Below, one piece after another: positions 50,021 through 63,583 of a stretch of 64,000 bases of DNA. A program made the position numbers and the translations under genes. The DNA is taken from contig NC_087437.1 of the NCBI RefSeq assembly GCF_036321535.1, positions 89,034,001 to 89,098,000 of the forward strand. The letters run 5' to 3'. Position 1 is the first letter of the stretch. Every line of letters starts with the position of its first letter. This stretch comes from Camelus dromedarius. Its lineage: Eukaryota. The notes below the pieces were generated by a model, which saw only the letters and a program-made list of their open reading frames with translations, was not told the origin of the DNA and made no database searches.

Positions 50021-51762
50021 AGCTAAAAAGGACTGAATACATTTCTACTGAGATTGGCTCTGGAGAACTTTTTGGCCAAATAGGAATAGAAATACATTAC
50101 TGCTTAGAAATGAGTTACGCATTTTTAGAAAAAAATCCTGTATGTCCATGTGGTTTAGTTTGAACTAGGGGAAAAGAAAACAATCTCTTGGACTCTGGAG
50201 CCCTTTTATAAAATTTCTAATTAATTTTGATAAATCCCTTTTAATATGGCAAGGAGTTCCACTGGGCCTTATCAATTTAAGAGTTATACTTGTACTCAGT
50301 GCACTAGAATCTGCCCTCAGCTAGTTATGCATAACACCTGCTAAAGTTAATAGCAGTTCCACATGAGTAGCTGATTTTGCCAGAGTCATGTGGAATTAAC
50401 TACTAATGAAACTTGGCTGACAATATCTTCAGTTTTTCCATTTAAAGAGTATTTATTACTTTGCATGGCCTCCCTAAATAATTAACTGTTTTTGATGTGC
50501 ACTCACCATGTTTCAGATGTGTCATCATTTTTTTGATGCTGTATAATCAGGCAAGAAAAACATATTTAGAGTGTTATCCACTAATATCCATTCCAAGTGA
50601 TGCAGTGGCATATTAATACACACACCTAGAGTATATGTTTAAGAAAACTTGTAAAAGGCTAATATATGATTCCTGAAAATCCCCATAAATCTTACAGACT
50701 GAAGGACTGACCCTCTTTAAAAGAAACCTTGCTATTGATTTAATGATGGAAGTACTAAAACTTTACAAACTGCTATTTTTGGTAAGAAACTGAAGCACAG
50801 AATGGCAAGCATGATAACTCTCCATTAGTTTAGTCACCCTTCCCGTGCTAGTTTTCTTTATTATGCTCACATTTCCATCATGTTAGTCTCTCTCGGAAGA
50901 CCCTTTCCTCAATCCCCAGACTGAATCTTCAGACTTTAGGTCCTGCTTCACATTTTCGGTGTAGTCTTTCCGAATCCACAGAGATGACTCTTTCCATTAA
51001 GTCATTACCTTACTCATGATGGGAACTTCTCTCATCACAAACTAAGATTAGCCTGTATTCATGTGCCTTGTTTTCTTATTCAGGCTGAAGACTTCTGAAG
51101 TACTAGATGAGTTTTTGTAGTTAAGGTTTCTTCCTAGGCCCTTATGCAGTGACTTGTACATACTTAGTACATGCTTAGAGAAGGAATAAGGAAAAATGAC
51201 TTCTTTTCCTATTGATGCAAAATGAATCAGTATGAATACAAATCCAAGATGAGGTATTAATGCAATGGACTTCCTCTGGCCAGCAATCCCAAGCACCATT
51301 TTCCTATATGAGAAAATTCCTATAGGATGGAGACTGCTTCCAGGGAAATTCATAATGTATCATCAATTTATTGAAAAACAAAACTAGTTTCTGAGAGATG
51401 TCTTTTATGTTGTTTCTACTACTAAAGTCCAGTGATTTAACTGGAAATTTGCCAAATATTACTTTTTTGTGCCACTTTCTAGGATCCATGTTTGTTTAAT
51501 TTTATTTTATAGTCATCGGTATTTATTGTGTATAATATGCTATATATTCAACACACTAAAGGCTAGAAAGAAAGTTATAATTTTTCCTGAAATATTTTCA
51601 ATTTATTTGTCAAGACAGAAACAATAACATCTAAGATATTATTACAATTATCTGAAGGACAAAGATAGTGAAGAATTGTTCATAGGTCTGCAAGAAGTTT
51701 TGGGGAATGATGCTAGATATTGAGACAGAAATGAAGAAGATTTTTTAAAAGTCGTATTAGCG

Positions 51763-51906
51763 TCTTGTAATAACCTTTAATGAAAAAGAATATGAAAATG
51801 AATATATGTACATGTATGCATGACTGGGACATTGGGCTGTACACCAGAAATTGACACATTGTAACTGACTATTCTTCAATTTTAAAAAAAGCCCAACAGA
51901 AAAAAA
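51763..51906 (+). mobile_element. young L1 extreme 3' end with A-tail
   Basis: cttgtaataacctttaatgaaaaagaatatgaaaatgaatatatg...tgtacaccagaaattgacacattgtaactgac is the reverse complement of the 5299 and 54627 copies. Confidence 0.93.
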
Positions 51907-52479
51907 GTAGGCATGTCAGTTTTCAGATGCAGATGAGGGATCTGAATAGAAGTATCTTCGGCAGATGTTACCTATCTTCTGAAGAGAGGATTATAGCAGT
52001 AGGGACAGAAATCAGAGTCATTAGCACATTGGTGGTAGTAAAACCCACTTGAGTATACACACTACCAGAATGAATGTAATTGAAGATTAGAGAGTCAAGC
52101 GTTGAAAGTTCTGAAACAACCACGTTCAACAAGCCAGACAGGATTTCAGAAAAATGCATCTAAGCTAGGAGAACCAGCAGAGAATACAGACCCTGAAATT
52201 AATAGAGAATTCTGAAGAAATTGGTCAAAAGATATTCTCCAGTTTTATCAACAGCCCTCTTTCACTTTTTCCTTGTGATTCTTTAACTCCTGTCCCTTTA
52301 ACTACCAGGTATATTATCTTTAACCCAAATCTCTCTTCTGACTTCCGAACTTGCATGTTTAACCACCTTCAGGAAATCTTCTGCTGGACTTCCATGAGAT
52401 GTCAAACTCCAGTAAACTTATTATCTCCAGCAAAGGTAGCTAGTTGTCACTTGTTCCTCGATAGTAAAGGATTCAGAAT

Positions 52480-52933
52480 ATTTCTGAACAGGTAACCAAG
52501 AAGAATAAAGTCCACATTCCCCAGTCCCACTTGCAGGAAATTGTGGCCTTGTGACTAAGTAACTAAGTAAACTTGGATCCCCACAGTAGGATGGAAAAAG
52601 AAATTGTGTTCAATTTACTAGAAATGTCTTTAACCAGCATATGCAAGCCTTACTCTACTTTACTTTTTTTCCTTCCAGCTAGCTAGAATGCAGATTTTAT
52701 AGCTGGACCTGGAGCTAGATAAAATAAACTAGATTATGAGATGGAGTGGGGGACTGAGGTCATGCAAACAAAGCAACAAAATCAAAGGAGTTCTAGTCTG
52801 ACCATGTAAAGAATTTAGCCAGCCATGGATATATAATTGGACCTTTATGTGAGATAAGCTCCTGTCTTATTTAAGTCACTATTGTGTGGAGCTTTCTGTC
52901 ACTACCCATCAAAGGACAAATCTAATTAATACA
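52480..52933 (+). mobile_element. old MaLR LTR (MLT1I/J/K-like), inserted in L2
   Basis: cacattccccagtcccacttgcagg...gtggccttgtgactaagt...gctagaatgcagat...ttatttaagtcactattg...ctaattaataca. Confidence 0.75.
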
Positions 52934-52939
52934 GTGTAT

Positions 52940-53770
52940 TTATCAAAAATCTCCTTTTACTCACCTCTTCCCAGTTTTGTGAATGGCACTACCAGCAATC
53001 CAGGCGTAGACAAAAGAGCCTTTTCCTCCTCCCTCACCCCTCATGACACCAACACGGCTGCAAGCGATCTCACTGCCACTGCCTTAGGCCCTTGTCATTT
53101 CTGGCCAGGTTCATTCCAAAACCTGTTACTTCTTATTTCTAGTTGTGACTCCCTTCAATTCAGTATCTATGCTTTGCAGCTAAAATGATCTTTCTATAAA
53201 TAAAAAGTCTTGTCTCTCTTCATTTAAATTCATTTAAGGGTAATATGTAAATGTCCTTATACTGTCTATCAGCTTCTTCCTGCCTGGCCCCTGCCTTCCT
53301 CTCTGATCTCACTGTTCAGATTTCCAACCTGCTCCCTGTGCTCCATCTAGAATCTCTTACAGAAACTCTCTTGGCTTTTTCTTACTTTTCTAGGAGCCAT
53401 TTGTTTTCTTTGTACAAAACTCCTTCTCCCTCTGTTAAGTAACAAATTTCTACTTGCCTTCAAGTCCGTGTTTAACAAACTCTTCCTCTTGCAGGATTTT
53501 GGTGAGGACTGGTCCCTTGTGCATCCCCTGGTGCCCCACCACAATCTGGGTCAAGTCTCTGTTCAGTGTGCTCTCATTCGCCTTTGCATCCTCATATCAT
53601 AGGAACCATCAGGATGTAACTGCTTGCTTACTCCTTTGTCTCCCTCATTAGTTTTTAGGATGTTTTAGAGTGGAAACTTGCCTTTCATTTCTGGTGACCA
53701 GTGTCTAACAGTACCTAACATTTATTCATTCACTTATTCAGCAGATATTTATTGAACAAATCCATGAATA
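52940..53770 (+). mobile_element. L2 3' portion (left part about 52280-52430)
   Basis: tgtgaatggcactacc...ctggcccctgccttcctctctgatctca...ccagtgtctaacagtacctaaca. Confidence 0.75.
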
Positions 53771-54626
53771 TGTGAGAGATCAGGAATAAGAATCTAGCAA
53801 TTACTATCTAGTTTGAATGTCAGGCATCACACCCACCTTAGAGACAAAACATATGCATTACACTTGAAGTAGAAGCTGAGGAATGAGTTATCTCATTGTG
53901 TGTATATCAGGAAAGTAATTGGGTATAAGCTGAGTAAAAAGAGAAAGCAGAAAGCAGATGATGAGTAAGGGTGAGAAACAGTAACACAACGGTATTAAAT
54001 GGAGGGTATTTTGAAAACCTGTTTGTATATGCATGTTTTCAAAAGCAGGAAAGTCAGAAAGATACTAAAGAGCATACCAAGTGAGATGTAAAGAGGGAAA
54101 AACTGAACTTTGTCTTCTTAGAAGCACTTCTAAAGCCTAGTACTTTTATGGGTTTTATAATTTACAAAGCATGACTCCACTGTCTCATTTTTATTTGCAC
54201 TGTAACCCTTTGATGTAAGTATTACTATTTTTATTTTATAAATACAAAAAATAAGACTCAAAGTCGTCATGACCTGTTTGAGTTTATTATTAGTAAGCTC
54301 ACATGCATACATGAGATACTGTAATATTTTTCTTTCAGAAACCTGAAGACTAATAAATGTGGAGCAAAAATGATCAGGGATAATATGCAAATAATTATTT
54401 GATTGACCAAATTAAACTCCATAGCATTTTTTTCAACGATAGATTTTCTATATAAATAATTTTTTTAAAAAATGGCTGAGTGATGTTCTAATTACTATTA
54501 TGTGAAACCATGCATGACTAGATTGAGAATTTAAGAAATTCAAATAACTGTATAAACACCCATCTCAGTCATTCTTAACTGCTTAGTCTATACCTCATTC
54601 TTACTCCACATTTGAGGAGAATATAA

Positions 54627-55087
54627 TTTTTTTTCATTGAAATATAGTCAGTTTACAATGTGTCAGTTTCTGGTGTACAGCATAATGCTTCATTCATATG
54701 TATACATGCATATATTAATTTTCATATTCTTTTTCATTATAGGTTATTACAAAATATTGAATATAGTTTCCTGTGGTATAGAGTAGAAACTTGCTGTTTA
54801 TCTATTATATATATATATAGTAGTTAATATTTACAAATCTCAAACTCCCAATTTATGCCTTACCACCCCATTCCCCGCCGCCCCAGTAACCATAAATTTG
54901 TTTACTATGTCTATGAGTCTGTTTCTGTTTTGTAGATGAGTTCAGCAGTGTCTTTTTTTTTTTTTTTTTTTTTCAAGATTCCGGATATGATTACTATTTT
55001 TCTTTCTCTTTCTGGCTTACTTCACTAACAGTGACAATCTCCAGATCCATCCATGTTGCCACAAATGGCATTATTTAATTCTTTTTA
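54627..55087 (-). mobile_element. young L1 3' end (3'UTR + last ORF2 codons)
   Basis: Highly similar to 5299-5745 (ctttctctttctggcttacttcact; tccatccatgttgccacaaatggcattat). Confidence 0.95.
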
Positions 55088-55989
55088 GGAAGATGTAGCC
55101 TTTTAATTCAGCTTGAAACTTTTCTTGGCGTCAGAAGCATTTAGGATTATATAAAAAGTGTGCGTGCCAAGTGATGTAGAAGTTTTCCTCGTACAAAAAG
55201 TCTTTTTTGCTCCTATCTTACATTCGCATCTCCATACGTGGATCCAGCCTTGGTCTTTGGGACTTGAGGGCACACTGGTGTCAAAAACCCTTCAAGATCC
55301 TTCTCTTTAGCCTTTAATCTTTTTCTCTAGATGGAGAGATTTAACTAATTCTAACTTAATAAGAATGTTGGATTTGGTTTACTTTATAGTTCTTCCAATT
55401 AGTTTTCTGAGTGCTTTTTTTTGGAGGCTTTAATCTTGTCTAAACTTGTGGGAAAGTAGAGAGAGGAAGAAAAAGAACACTGGTGCACTAAAAAATGTAT
55501 TAGAATTAACTGTCAGTACACTCGGCTTAAATTATCTCATACTTTGACTATGTGGAACTTAGTTTAATTATATGATAGATATCATTGCTTCAAAATGAGC
55601 ACTATTTTATTAAAAATTAAATACAGTTTGAAATTGAAGGAAAGTCCTATAATGAGACCAATGAAAAGAACGTTGTAATAGTCTTAATATCAAATACAAG
55701 ATTTCTTTAATGTTTTCAGATCCCCCCCAAATTAAATCAGATTTAAGACTATTCCAATGTGTCTCTTTCAGGCCTACAAGTAGAAATACAAATGTTCCTG
55801 TATTCATGTATTTCTTTTTAAGGAGTAAGAGTTAGAGTTCACATTCCTCTTTGTTACCAGTAAACCAGAGTAGTCTGATGATTAAGTCACCTGAGTGTTA
55901 CAGTTACCGAGGACAACTTCATTGACTCTTTACAGCTCCTAACTTGCATAGTACTCCGTTGTTCCGGAAATAATATCAAAGCAAATTTC

Positions 55990-57680
55990 ACAATATCTTA
56001 CAGTACTGGGATAATATAAAAAGGGCTTATATCATTATATTTTTGCCTCTATGGACATCAAAATACAGTTAATGAATCATATGTCAGGATTTTAAGAAAA
56101 AACTTTTTGTTAAATTATGTTAACTCTTCATTAAAATAGTTGTAATGGAGATGTATAAATAAAACCCCAACTTAATTACCAGAAGCACTTAACCTACTGG
56201 ATGTAGATCATAAAAGTATATCAATTAATAAAAAATCATGGGTTAAGGAACTTCAGCAAGAAGATAATTGTATGTGCTATAAACTGGTCCCCTTATGAAC
56301 ATGTAAAAATACCCAGTGATTGATGAAAAAATTAAATCAACATTTAAATACATTTTTGAGAAAAAATAAATGTAAATACATAGCCTTTAAAACAAAGAAA
56401 GAAGTCAATACCAGAAAAGTACTGAAGCTCTTGAAGCCAAATGATGCTGGTCTAGATGCTGTTGGATCTAGCTCAGGTCAGGGTATGCATCCTCAACTTG
56501 GCAAGTGGTTGCCAGGTCTTACACAACTCTGAGGAGCTGTTCCACCAAAGAAAAGTGACTTGTAAAGCTCTGTCTATAAGCCAGGTGAACAATAAGGACA
56601 TTTGACATCTGTCATAGCCATGCAGGGGGGGAAATAAATCAGTGGTGAGGAATTGAAGTTTCATCCTGGGTTATTTAGAGTTGCAGGTTCCAATTTAATC
56701 TACAATGTGGTGCAGGAACCCAGACCAAGAAATTAACATAAAACAGAACCATATACATCCTTAAGCTCTTGAAAAAGTAAACAAAACCTTCTACCCAAAA
56801 CCTTTCACAACTGAGGGGTAAGTTGTGAAAACAGAAAACAGGTCTCACTGAAGAAGGGCTAACAATATCATTTAGGAAAGAAGATGACAAAAACAAACAA
56901 ATAAGCCAACCAAAAACACAGATGAAGAGGTGGTTAATGAAAACAGAAAAGTTAAGACTTGCTTTCACAGAATTGAAAATGATGGAGAAAACACCACAAT
57001 ACAGATGTATCTTGGATGATTCAAAAGGTAAAATAAGATATCTGAATTTTAAAAAAAGAATAGAAGAACATGAAATAAGAACAAGTAGCTTGGAAAAAGA
57101 ACTAAGTGGAAGGGTAAATTTTATTTTGGAAACAGTGGTGTCATTGTAACTTAAAAAGTAGTGATTTAATTATAGTAAGAAAATGATCTGGTGTCCTCAA
57201 TGGTCAGATCACCCAGAATGAAATACAGGGAGATATAGATGTGGAAAATGTTAAAGAAAGATTCAAATGAACAAAGAAGAAGAAAGGTCTACTACATGTT
57301 TATTAGAACATCCATGCAGAGAGAAAGGGAGGGAAGAGGTAATAGTTAAGGAGGTAATTACTGATAATTTTAAATGCTTGAAGAAACTCGGCTTCAGATG
57401 AAAGTAGCACAACCTCCTTCCAAGATTTACATAAGAATCAGTCTACATCCAGTCAAATATAGAAGAACTTCAAATATAAAAAAAGCACTCCTAAAAGCAA
57501 CATTAGGAACAAGATTGATTCTCTAAGAAGGGATTGAGACTTTGATATAAGGCAGAAGTAACAAATGACAAAAGAAAATAGAATATTATCTTGTGAAAAG
57601 GAAAATCTGTGTCAACCCACAATGTGAAATTCTATCTATCATTCAGAAATGAAGAGGAAATAAAAACCTTTAAAAAAAAC
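55990..57680 (+). mobile_element. very old L1M remnants (A-rich; ORF1-like)
   Basis: A-rich with gatatagatgtggaaaatgttaaagaaagatt, tctactacatgtttattagaacatcca and ctatcattcagaaatgaagaggaaataaaaac motifs; boundaries uncertain. Confidence 0.6.
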
Positions 57681-59030
57681 AGATGATGATATAATTTGAA
57701 TTTTAGGACACTCCGAAGTGAGTAAATTGATTTTCATAATCAAGTAGAGGGTATGTTTTCTACTGTTCTAATACTTAGGTTCAGAAATTTTTCTTATTAA
57801 TCCATGTATATCCAGAGCACTCAATAAATCCTGAATGAATTAATGAATGAATGTTTAAAAAGTGAAAGTACAGGTATTATGGTGAAACTATATGCCTAAC
57901 AGTTAGTAGTATGATTCCTGGTGATGAGTTACTTTTAATGGATTTATTTTTCATCCATCTCATCACCTTTCTTGACTTCTGGGCTTTATTTTTTGACATT
58001 TAAATTTGTTTTTATTTTCAGTTTGCATTAAATTATTAAATTCACGCAAGTATTTCCCTTGGCTCAATTTCTGAGTTTAGTGTCTAGCTTTAGACCCAGA
58101 CATCACTTTTATCTGATGATACAATTTTTAAGACATTTTAAAAGTGTATTAAAACTTGCAAAAAAGAAATGTAGTGTGGTTCATGCACAGTAAATATTTG
58201 ATAAAAACATTCAATTCTGCTTTGCTGGGTAAAATTTTCAGCTAAAATCATTACATGGTTATTCTCACAAAACCCCTCTAAAGTTGGAAAAGTTGAATCA
58301 TAGCCAAGTGTGTTGAGTCATACAGTCTTCATTATAACTCTCCAGAAGGCACACCTATTCACCTACCTCTCAGAGACTCAGGGTCAGAAACTCAAAACTC
58401 TGCAGGGGACAAACAGGTCCTATAAGTGAATGAAGCAAGTTGGCTGTAAAATAAATTTTCTTCACTTCTTACTCACTTTCATTGTTAGAGAAATACCCTC
58501 TAACATTTTTCTTGAGATACTTGGACTTCTTGGTCCATCCTTTACTTCATTCATAAAGAGATTTTTTTTTAACCATATAAAATGCAAGTATGAGAAGAAT
58601 GATCATAAACAGTGACACAAAACCATTATTTCAGGAAACAATGGGAGTATTAGGAACCCAGAGGAAGTATACGCTTCATCGAAAGATGGCAATCACTACT
58701 CAGATTTAGCAAATTGAGAGAATTACAGGAATACTGGCACAGATCTACCAGTTACACAGAGAAGCCAGAAACCTAAATTTTGAAGTGTTTTTAGAACCCA
58801 ACAAAACATGATTGTTGAGTTCTGGTTTGTATATCTTTCTTTAGGTCCTCACGCAAAGCTGCAATAATCTTATTTCAGTAACTTACTCCAGAAGGATGTC
58901 AAGGCATCTTTGGAGCGTCACATACTGATCTGTGTGACGTGGTCTTATATTGCTGAATTGCAATAAGTCTCAGTTTTCTGGTGCATGTGTCCCAATAACT
59001 TCTGCCCAGGGTGTTTCATACCTTCCTCAC

Positions 59031-59516
59031 TGTGGTAGTCAGAGTAATGACTATCCCCACCCCCAAAGATGTCCACATTTGAATCCCTGGAATCTGTGAA
59101 TATGTTACATTACATGGAAAGGGGAATTAAGGTGGAAGATGGAATCAAGGTTATTAGTCATGTGACCTTAAAGGAGAGAAATTATCCTGAATTATCAGGA
59201 TCAAATGTAATCATGGGGTCCTTAAATGTGGAAAAACAAAAAAGAAGAATTAACGTCAGAGTGGTGAGATGTGAAATTCAGCCGACCATTGGTATCTTGG
59301 AAGATGAAAAAGTATCATGACCCAAAGAATTCAGTCAATTTCTAGAAACTAGAAAAGGCAAGAAAATAAATTCTCTTTAAGAGCCACTAGATCTTTGATT
59401 TTAGACTTGTGAGATTCATTTCAGATTTCTGACATCCAGAACTGTAAGATAATAAATTTGTTTTAAGCCACTACATCTGTTGCATTTTGTTACAGCAGCA
59501 ATAGGAAACTAATACA
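59031..59516 (+). mobile_element. MaLR solo LTR (MLT1D-like)
   Basis: tgtggtag...ccaaagatgtccac...aatctgtgaatatgttacattacatgg...ccagaactgtaagataataaatttg...gcaataggaaactaataca. Confidence 0.93.
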
Positions 59517-59679
59517 TTCATTAATTTGGTCTTCCAGTTACTGACTTATGCTTATAACTGACGTTCCCATGTGTTCCTTCTGTTAGTCTGCATTAATGAA
59601 AATCGACCTCATTAGACATTCTTTTGATCTACTTATGTGCTTTTAGCTTATCTGAAATAATTTGGTGTTGAATTTAACT

Positions 59680-59830
59680 TGGATTTTGAGCTCACTTTTT
59701 ACCATTTATCCTCTCTGAACTTGGGTTTCATTATCTCTAAAATGGCTACCTCAGAGGCTTACTGGAAAGATAGATTTAGACATTGCATGTAAAGAACTGC
59801 TTAGCACAGTGACTAACTCATAGTTAAATA
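59680..59830 (+). mobile_element. MIR SINE
   Basis: ctctctgaacttgggtttcattatctctaaaatgg...gcatgtaaagaactgcttagcacagtg. Confidence 0.75.
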
Positions 59831-60006
59831 TTAAAAAAAAAAAGTTGTTTTTGCTTTTTTTTTTATTCTTAGAGTTCCACGTTGTTTTATAAGGTAATGT
59901 AGATTTGTAATTACTACTCTCTTGCCTTATTCTGGAATACTATAGTGAATCCTTTACTTTGCTTAATGACATTCATATACATTCATCCTTTTCCTTCATA
60001 TTGATC

Positions 60007-60007
<1 letters not shown>

Positions 60008-60037
<30 letters not shown>
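60008..60037. repeat. (TG)n(TA)n microsatellite
   Basis: seen directly. Confidence 0.95.
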
Positions 60038-60454
60038 GCCATAATTTCTGTATTTACAAGTCATTCTTCTATTCTGGTACTGGCATAATTCAGTCTGCTC
60101 TTTCCAGCAGTCACAGGAATCCCATATCTGACACATTGGCATTTCTTGATGTTAAATACAAGAACATTAAAAGTGATCTCATCAACATGTAGAAATTCAT
60201 GTACTCACAATGATACAGAACACAACTCAGCAATGTGTATATGATGTACATTCAGTGGAACCTCGTTATTTCACTTCCAAAATACCCATTTCTAGTCCAT
60301 CACTTGTCCAGTTCACCAATGTGGACCCAACTCTTTGACAACCCTTGATAAAATTTCTGACAGACTCTAATAAGATAACTAAAATAAGAAATAAAGCCAA
60401 TCGTTTCTAATTTTTTGCCCCTGGTTCCCCTTCAAGAAAATAGTAAAAGTAAGA

Positions 60455-60680
60455 AGTAATAATAACAACAAATATTTATTGAGCACTTATATTTTTCAAA
60501 ATTACTGCTCTTAGAGTTTAATTCATATTAATTCAATTAATACTCATTTAATACTTCCCTTCTGCAGAGGAGAAACTAAATCACAGGTTAATTATCTTGC
60601 CCAAGGCCAAGATAGTAAATTATAAATCCAAAATTTGAACCCAGTTGTAAATTCCAGAGCTTGAATTTTTAAATGCCACA
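60455..60680 (-). mobile_element. MIR SINE
   Basis: atatttattgagcactta...gcagaggagaaact...ttgcccaaggcca...atttgaacccag. Confidence 0.8.
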
Positions 60681-60720
60681 AGATTCTAATAATAATCTCA
60701 AAATGATATTTTTCACAAGC

Positions 60721-61060
60721 TGTCATGGACTGACTGTGTACTCTGCAAAACTATACATTGAAATACTAATCTCTCCATATGGTGATACTAGGAGATTGGG
60801 TCATGAAGGTAGAGCCTCGTGACTGCGATTAGTGCTCTTATAAAAAAGATCTGAGACAGCTTGCTCCTCTCTCTGCTCTCTGTTGTGTGAGGATACAATG
60901 GGAAGATGGCCATCTGTAAACCAGGAAGTGGGCCCTCATCAAATACTGAATCTGCTGGCACCTTGATCCTGGACTTCCCAGTTCCCAGAACTGTGACAAA
61001 TAAATAATAAGGCACACAGGCTACGGTCATTTATTATAGCAGACCAAACTGACTAAGACA
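60721..61060 (+). mobile_element. MaLR solo LTR (MLT1A-like)
   Basis: tgtcatggactga...gaagatggccatctgtaaaccaggaagtgggccctca...gctggcaccttgatcctggacttcccag...gactaagaca. Confidence 0.93.
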
Positions 61061-61734
61061 TAGGCACTGAAAGTGATTGCATCATACTGTTTATTGAGGA
61101 GTATGATTTTTATTTGGGGGCTTTTGAAATAAGTTATCCTCATCTAATTTTTCTTCCAAAAGAAATATAGAGAATTTGTATTACAGAGTTTAAGAACAAC
61201 AACAAACAAACTGCTGTGAGTTTATTGAAATAGTATCATCACCAAAAATAAGAAAATAATTAGGTAGACTGCAAATAGCACAGCTATGTGGTATCATGCA
61301 GTCTTGGCATTTCATTAGCTTCATCAGCCTAGTAACTACTAAAAGCTTAGCAGTACAGATGAACATAAGAAGTCAGAAATTGAGAAGACATCACCACTGA
61401 CTGACACTTTCTAATGTTTTTCCTATAAACACAGTAAATTAAAAAAAATCACTTTCCTTTTCTCTTTGAATAAGACAGCAACACAGTTTTGACTTCAGAT
61501 ATTGTGATCAATAGGATTTATTCATCAATGAGTTATTTCAACTCTTGATTTTCTCAATGTTCCATTATTTATATTTTTCCATTACTTTCAATAAAGAAAA
61601 ATGTTTAAAATCTAAATTGAGCAGATTCTAGGCAGGTTTTCTAATCCAATCACATATAAGGAATAATGTGTTTCCAGTGTCTTTTATATATGTATAGTCA
61701 TCTAACATTGCCCTGAGAATCACCAAGAAGAACT

Positions 61735-61768
61735 ACACACACACACGCACACACACACACACACACAC
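61735..61768. repeat. (CA)n microsatellite
   Basis: seen directly. Confidence 0.95.
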
Positions 61769-62424
61769 TTAAAGATGACAGCCATCATGTTCAGTTATGT
61801 AATCTTCCTAAATACCACTTTCCAGAGAAATAAGATTTCCTCTTGATGCAATACCAGCAATGACTGGCATATAATTGATAGAATTCTTTCCATGAAAAGA
61901 GCATTTTGGTGCACTTTGGTTAACTATGAAATATGTCATTCTTTGTTATATGAAATGGATAATTGCACAGAGGATAATTACAAACATGTAGTAAAGGCTA
62001 CAAAGTGGCTTTACATTTTAGCAATTTCTACTTGAAAGAATATGTAATTTATAATGGATTTATTTAATTTATTATTTTAAATGTTTCTTACGTCTGAGCA
62101 GGCACTAGTTAAGTGAGACTTTAGAAGAACAAGTAGTACTACATGATGCCTTTGGGAAGCAGAAGAAACAGAATATGCATGACGGATGCTTAGTTAATTT
62201 ATAGGACGCTTGCATTTCAAAAATCGTCTTTTTAATCACTACAGGATGACACTTCATTTTGTGGAGCTATAACATTTCTTCCCTTGAGAAATGAAGACCA
62301 AGAAATAGAAACTGGGTCCTAAAATACAAAACATTACTACTCAACAGGCTTGAGATCAACCCTATTGACAATATTACATCAACTACATTCTACAACCAGG
62401 GTTTATAATGTTAATAAAGTTAGC

Positions 62425-62640
62425 ACACTTGAAAAGAGCACAAACTTTGCACTTGGATCTATTTAATCAAGACCTTAACATTTAATGAGTAGGCAAACTT
62501 GTACAATCTCCTTTACCTCTTAGAACCTGATTTTCTATCTATAAAAGATGTATAATAATATCTAAAACATCAGCAAATGTGAGTATTAAAATAAATCCCT
62601 TCACATAAAGTAATGCCTGGGGTCTAGTGTGCACTAAAAA
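62425..62640 (+). mobile_element. MIR SINE
   Basis: gaaaagagcacaaactttg...tttctatctataaaa...gtgagtattaaa..gtaatgcctgg. Confidence 0.65.
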
Positions 62641-63066
62641 GAATTGTCTCCTTTTATTGACAATAGAGAAATGTTGCATAATATGTTCTTAAAGAAATGC
62701 ACATAATTACAAAATGAGTGACAGCAAATACAAAATGCATTTTTCATAGGAAATTTTATCGTGTTTTTTTAAAATGGTTTTTAAATTATTTGAAAATGAA
62801 ACTTGTGCTTATTAGTATAGTTTCTAAAAAGTATACTGCACACACTTTAACTGTGTCATACAAGTCACCCTAAGTGGACAAGTGACAGCTGAGTTGCTAC
62901 CTTGAAGCTCTCCATGAGGCACTATATATGTGAGAGTCAGTCAGCGTTTTTGAAGACATTCTTTCCTGAAACCTAGTAGAAGCATATCAGAATCAGGTTG
63001 ATTTTCTCTTACTGATTTCCTTAATCCTTTTTATATATGGCCTTAGACTCAAACATCATAAGCTAG

Positions 63067-63583
63067 TGATACTGAATCTAAGCTCATACTGCTTGCTGCA
63101 TGATAGGCCAGTTAAACTGAGAGACAAGTTATTGGGGCAAGGAATAGTGACTTTATTTGGAAAGCCAGCCAACTGAGAACCTAGTATCCCAAGGAACCAT
63201 CTTCCCCGGGTTTGGATGTTAAGTTCTTTTATAGAGCAAAAGGGGTTGGGAAGAGAGGTTAGGAGGTGAAGTAAAAAAGGAGATGCATTGTTGCAGATAT
63301 TTCCTGGTCCCAGCTAGACTCACAGGGGATGTGTTAATTTCTTCCTTCCTGCAGCCATCCATAGGGGAGTCTTATCAGGATGGTTCCTGTGAGCTTAAAC
63401 AAAGATGTTTTAACTTAATGTTCAGGCATGGGAAACAGGGTTCCAAGAGGTGAGCCATTATGTATACTTTAAACTATAGGCAACATCCCTGTAGTGTTTA
63501 ACCTGTAGCAAAAGCAATGGAATGAAGGGTAAAGTAAAAGATACAGATCTAATATGGAGTCAGATTTGTTTTTCCCTATTACA
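63067..63583 (-). mobile_element. ERV1 solo LTR (MER41-like), full length
   Basis: TG...CA ends with perfect 4-bp TSD ctag (63063-66 and 63584-87); minus-strand AATAAA (tttatt) and TATAAAA (ttttata); ttggggcaaggaatagtgactttatttggaaagccag is MER41-like. Confidence 0.9.
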
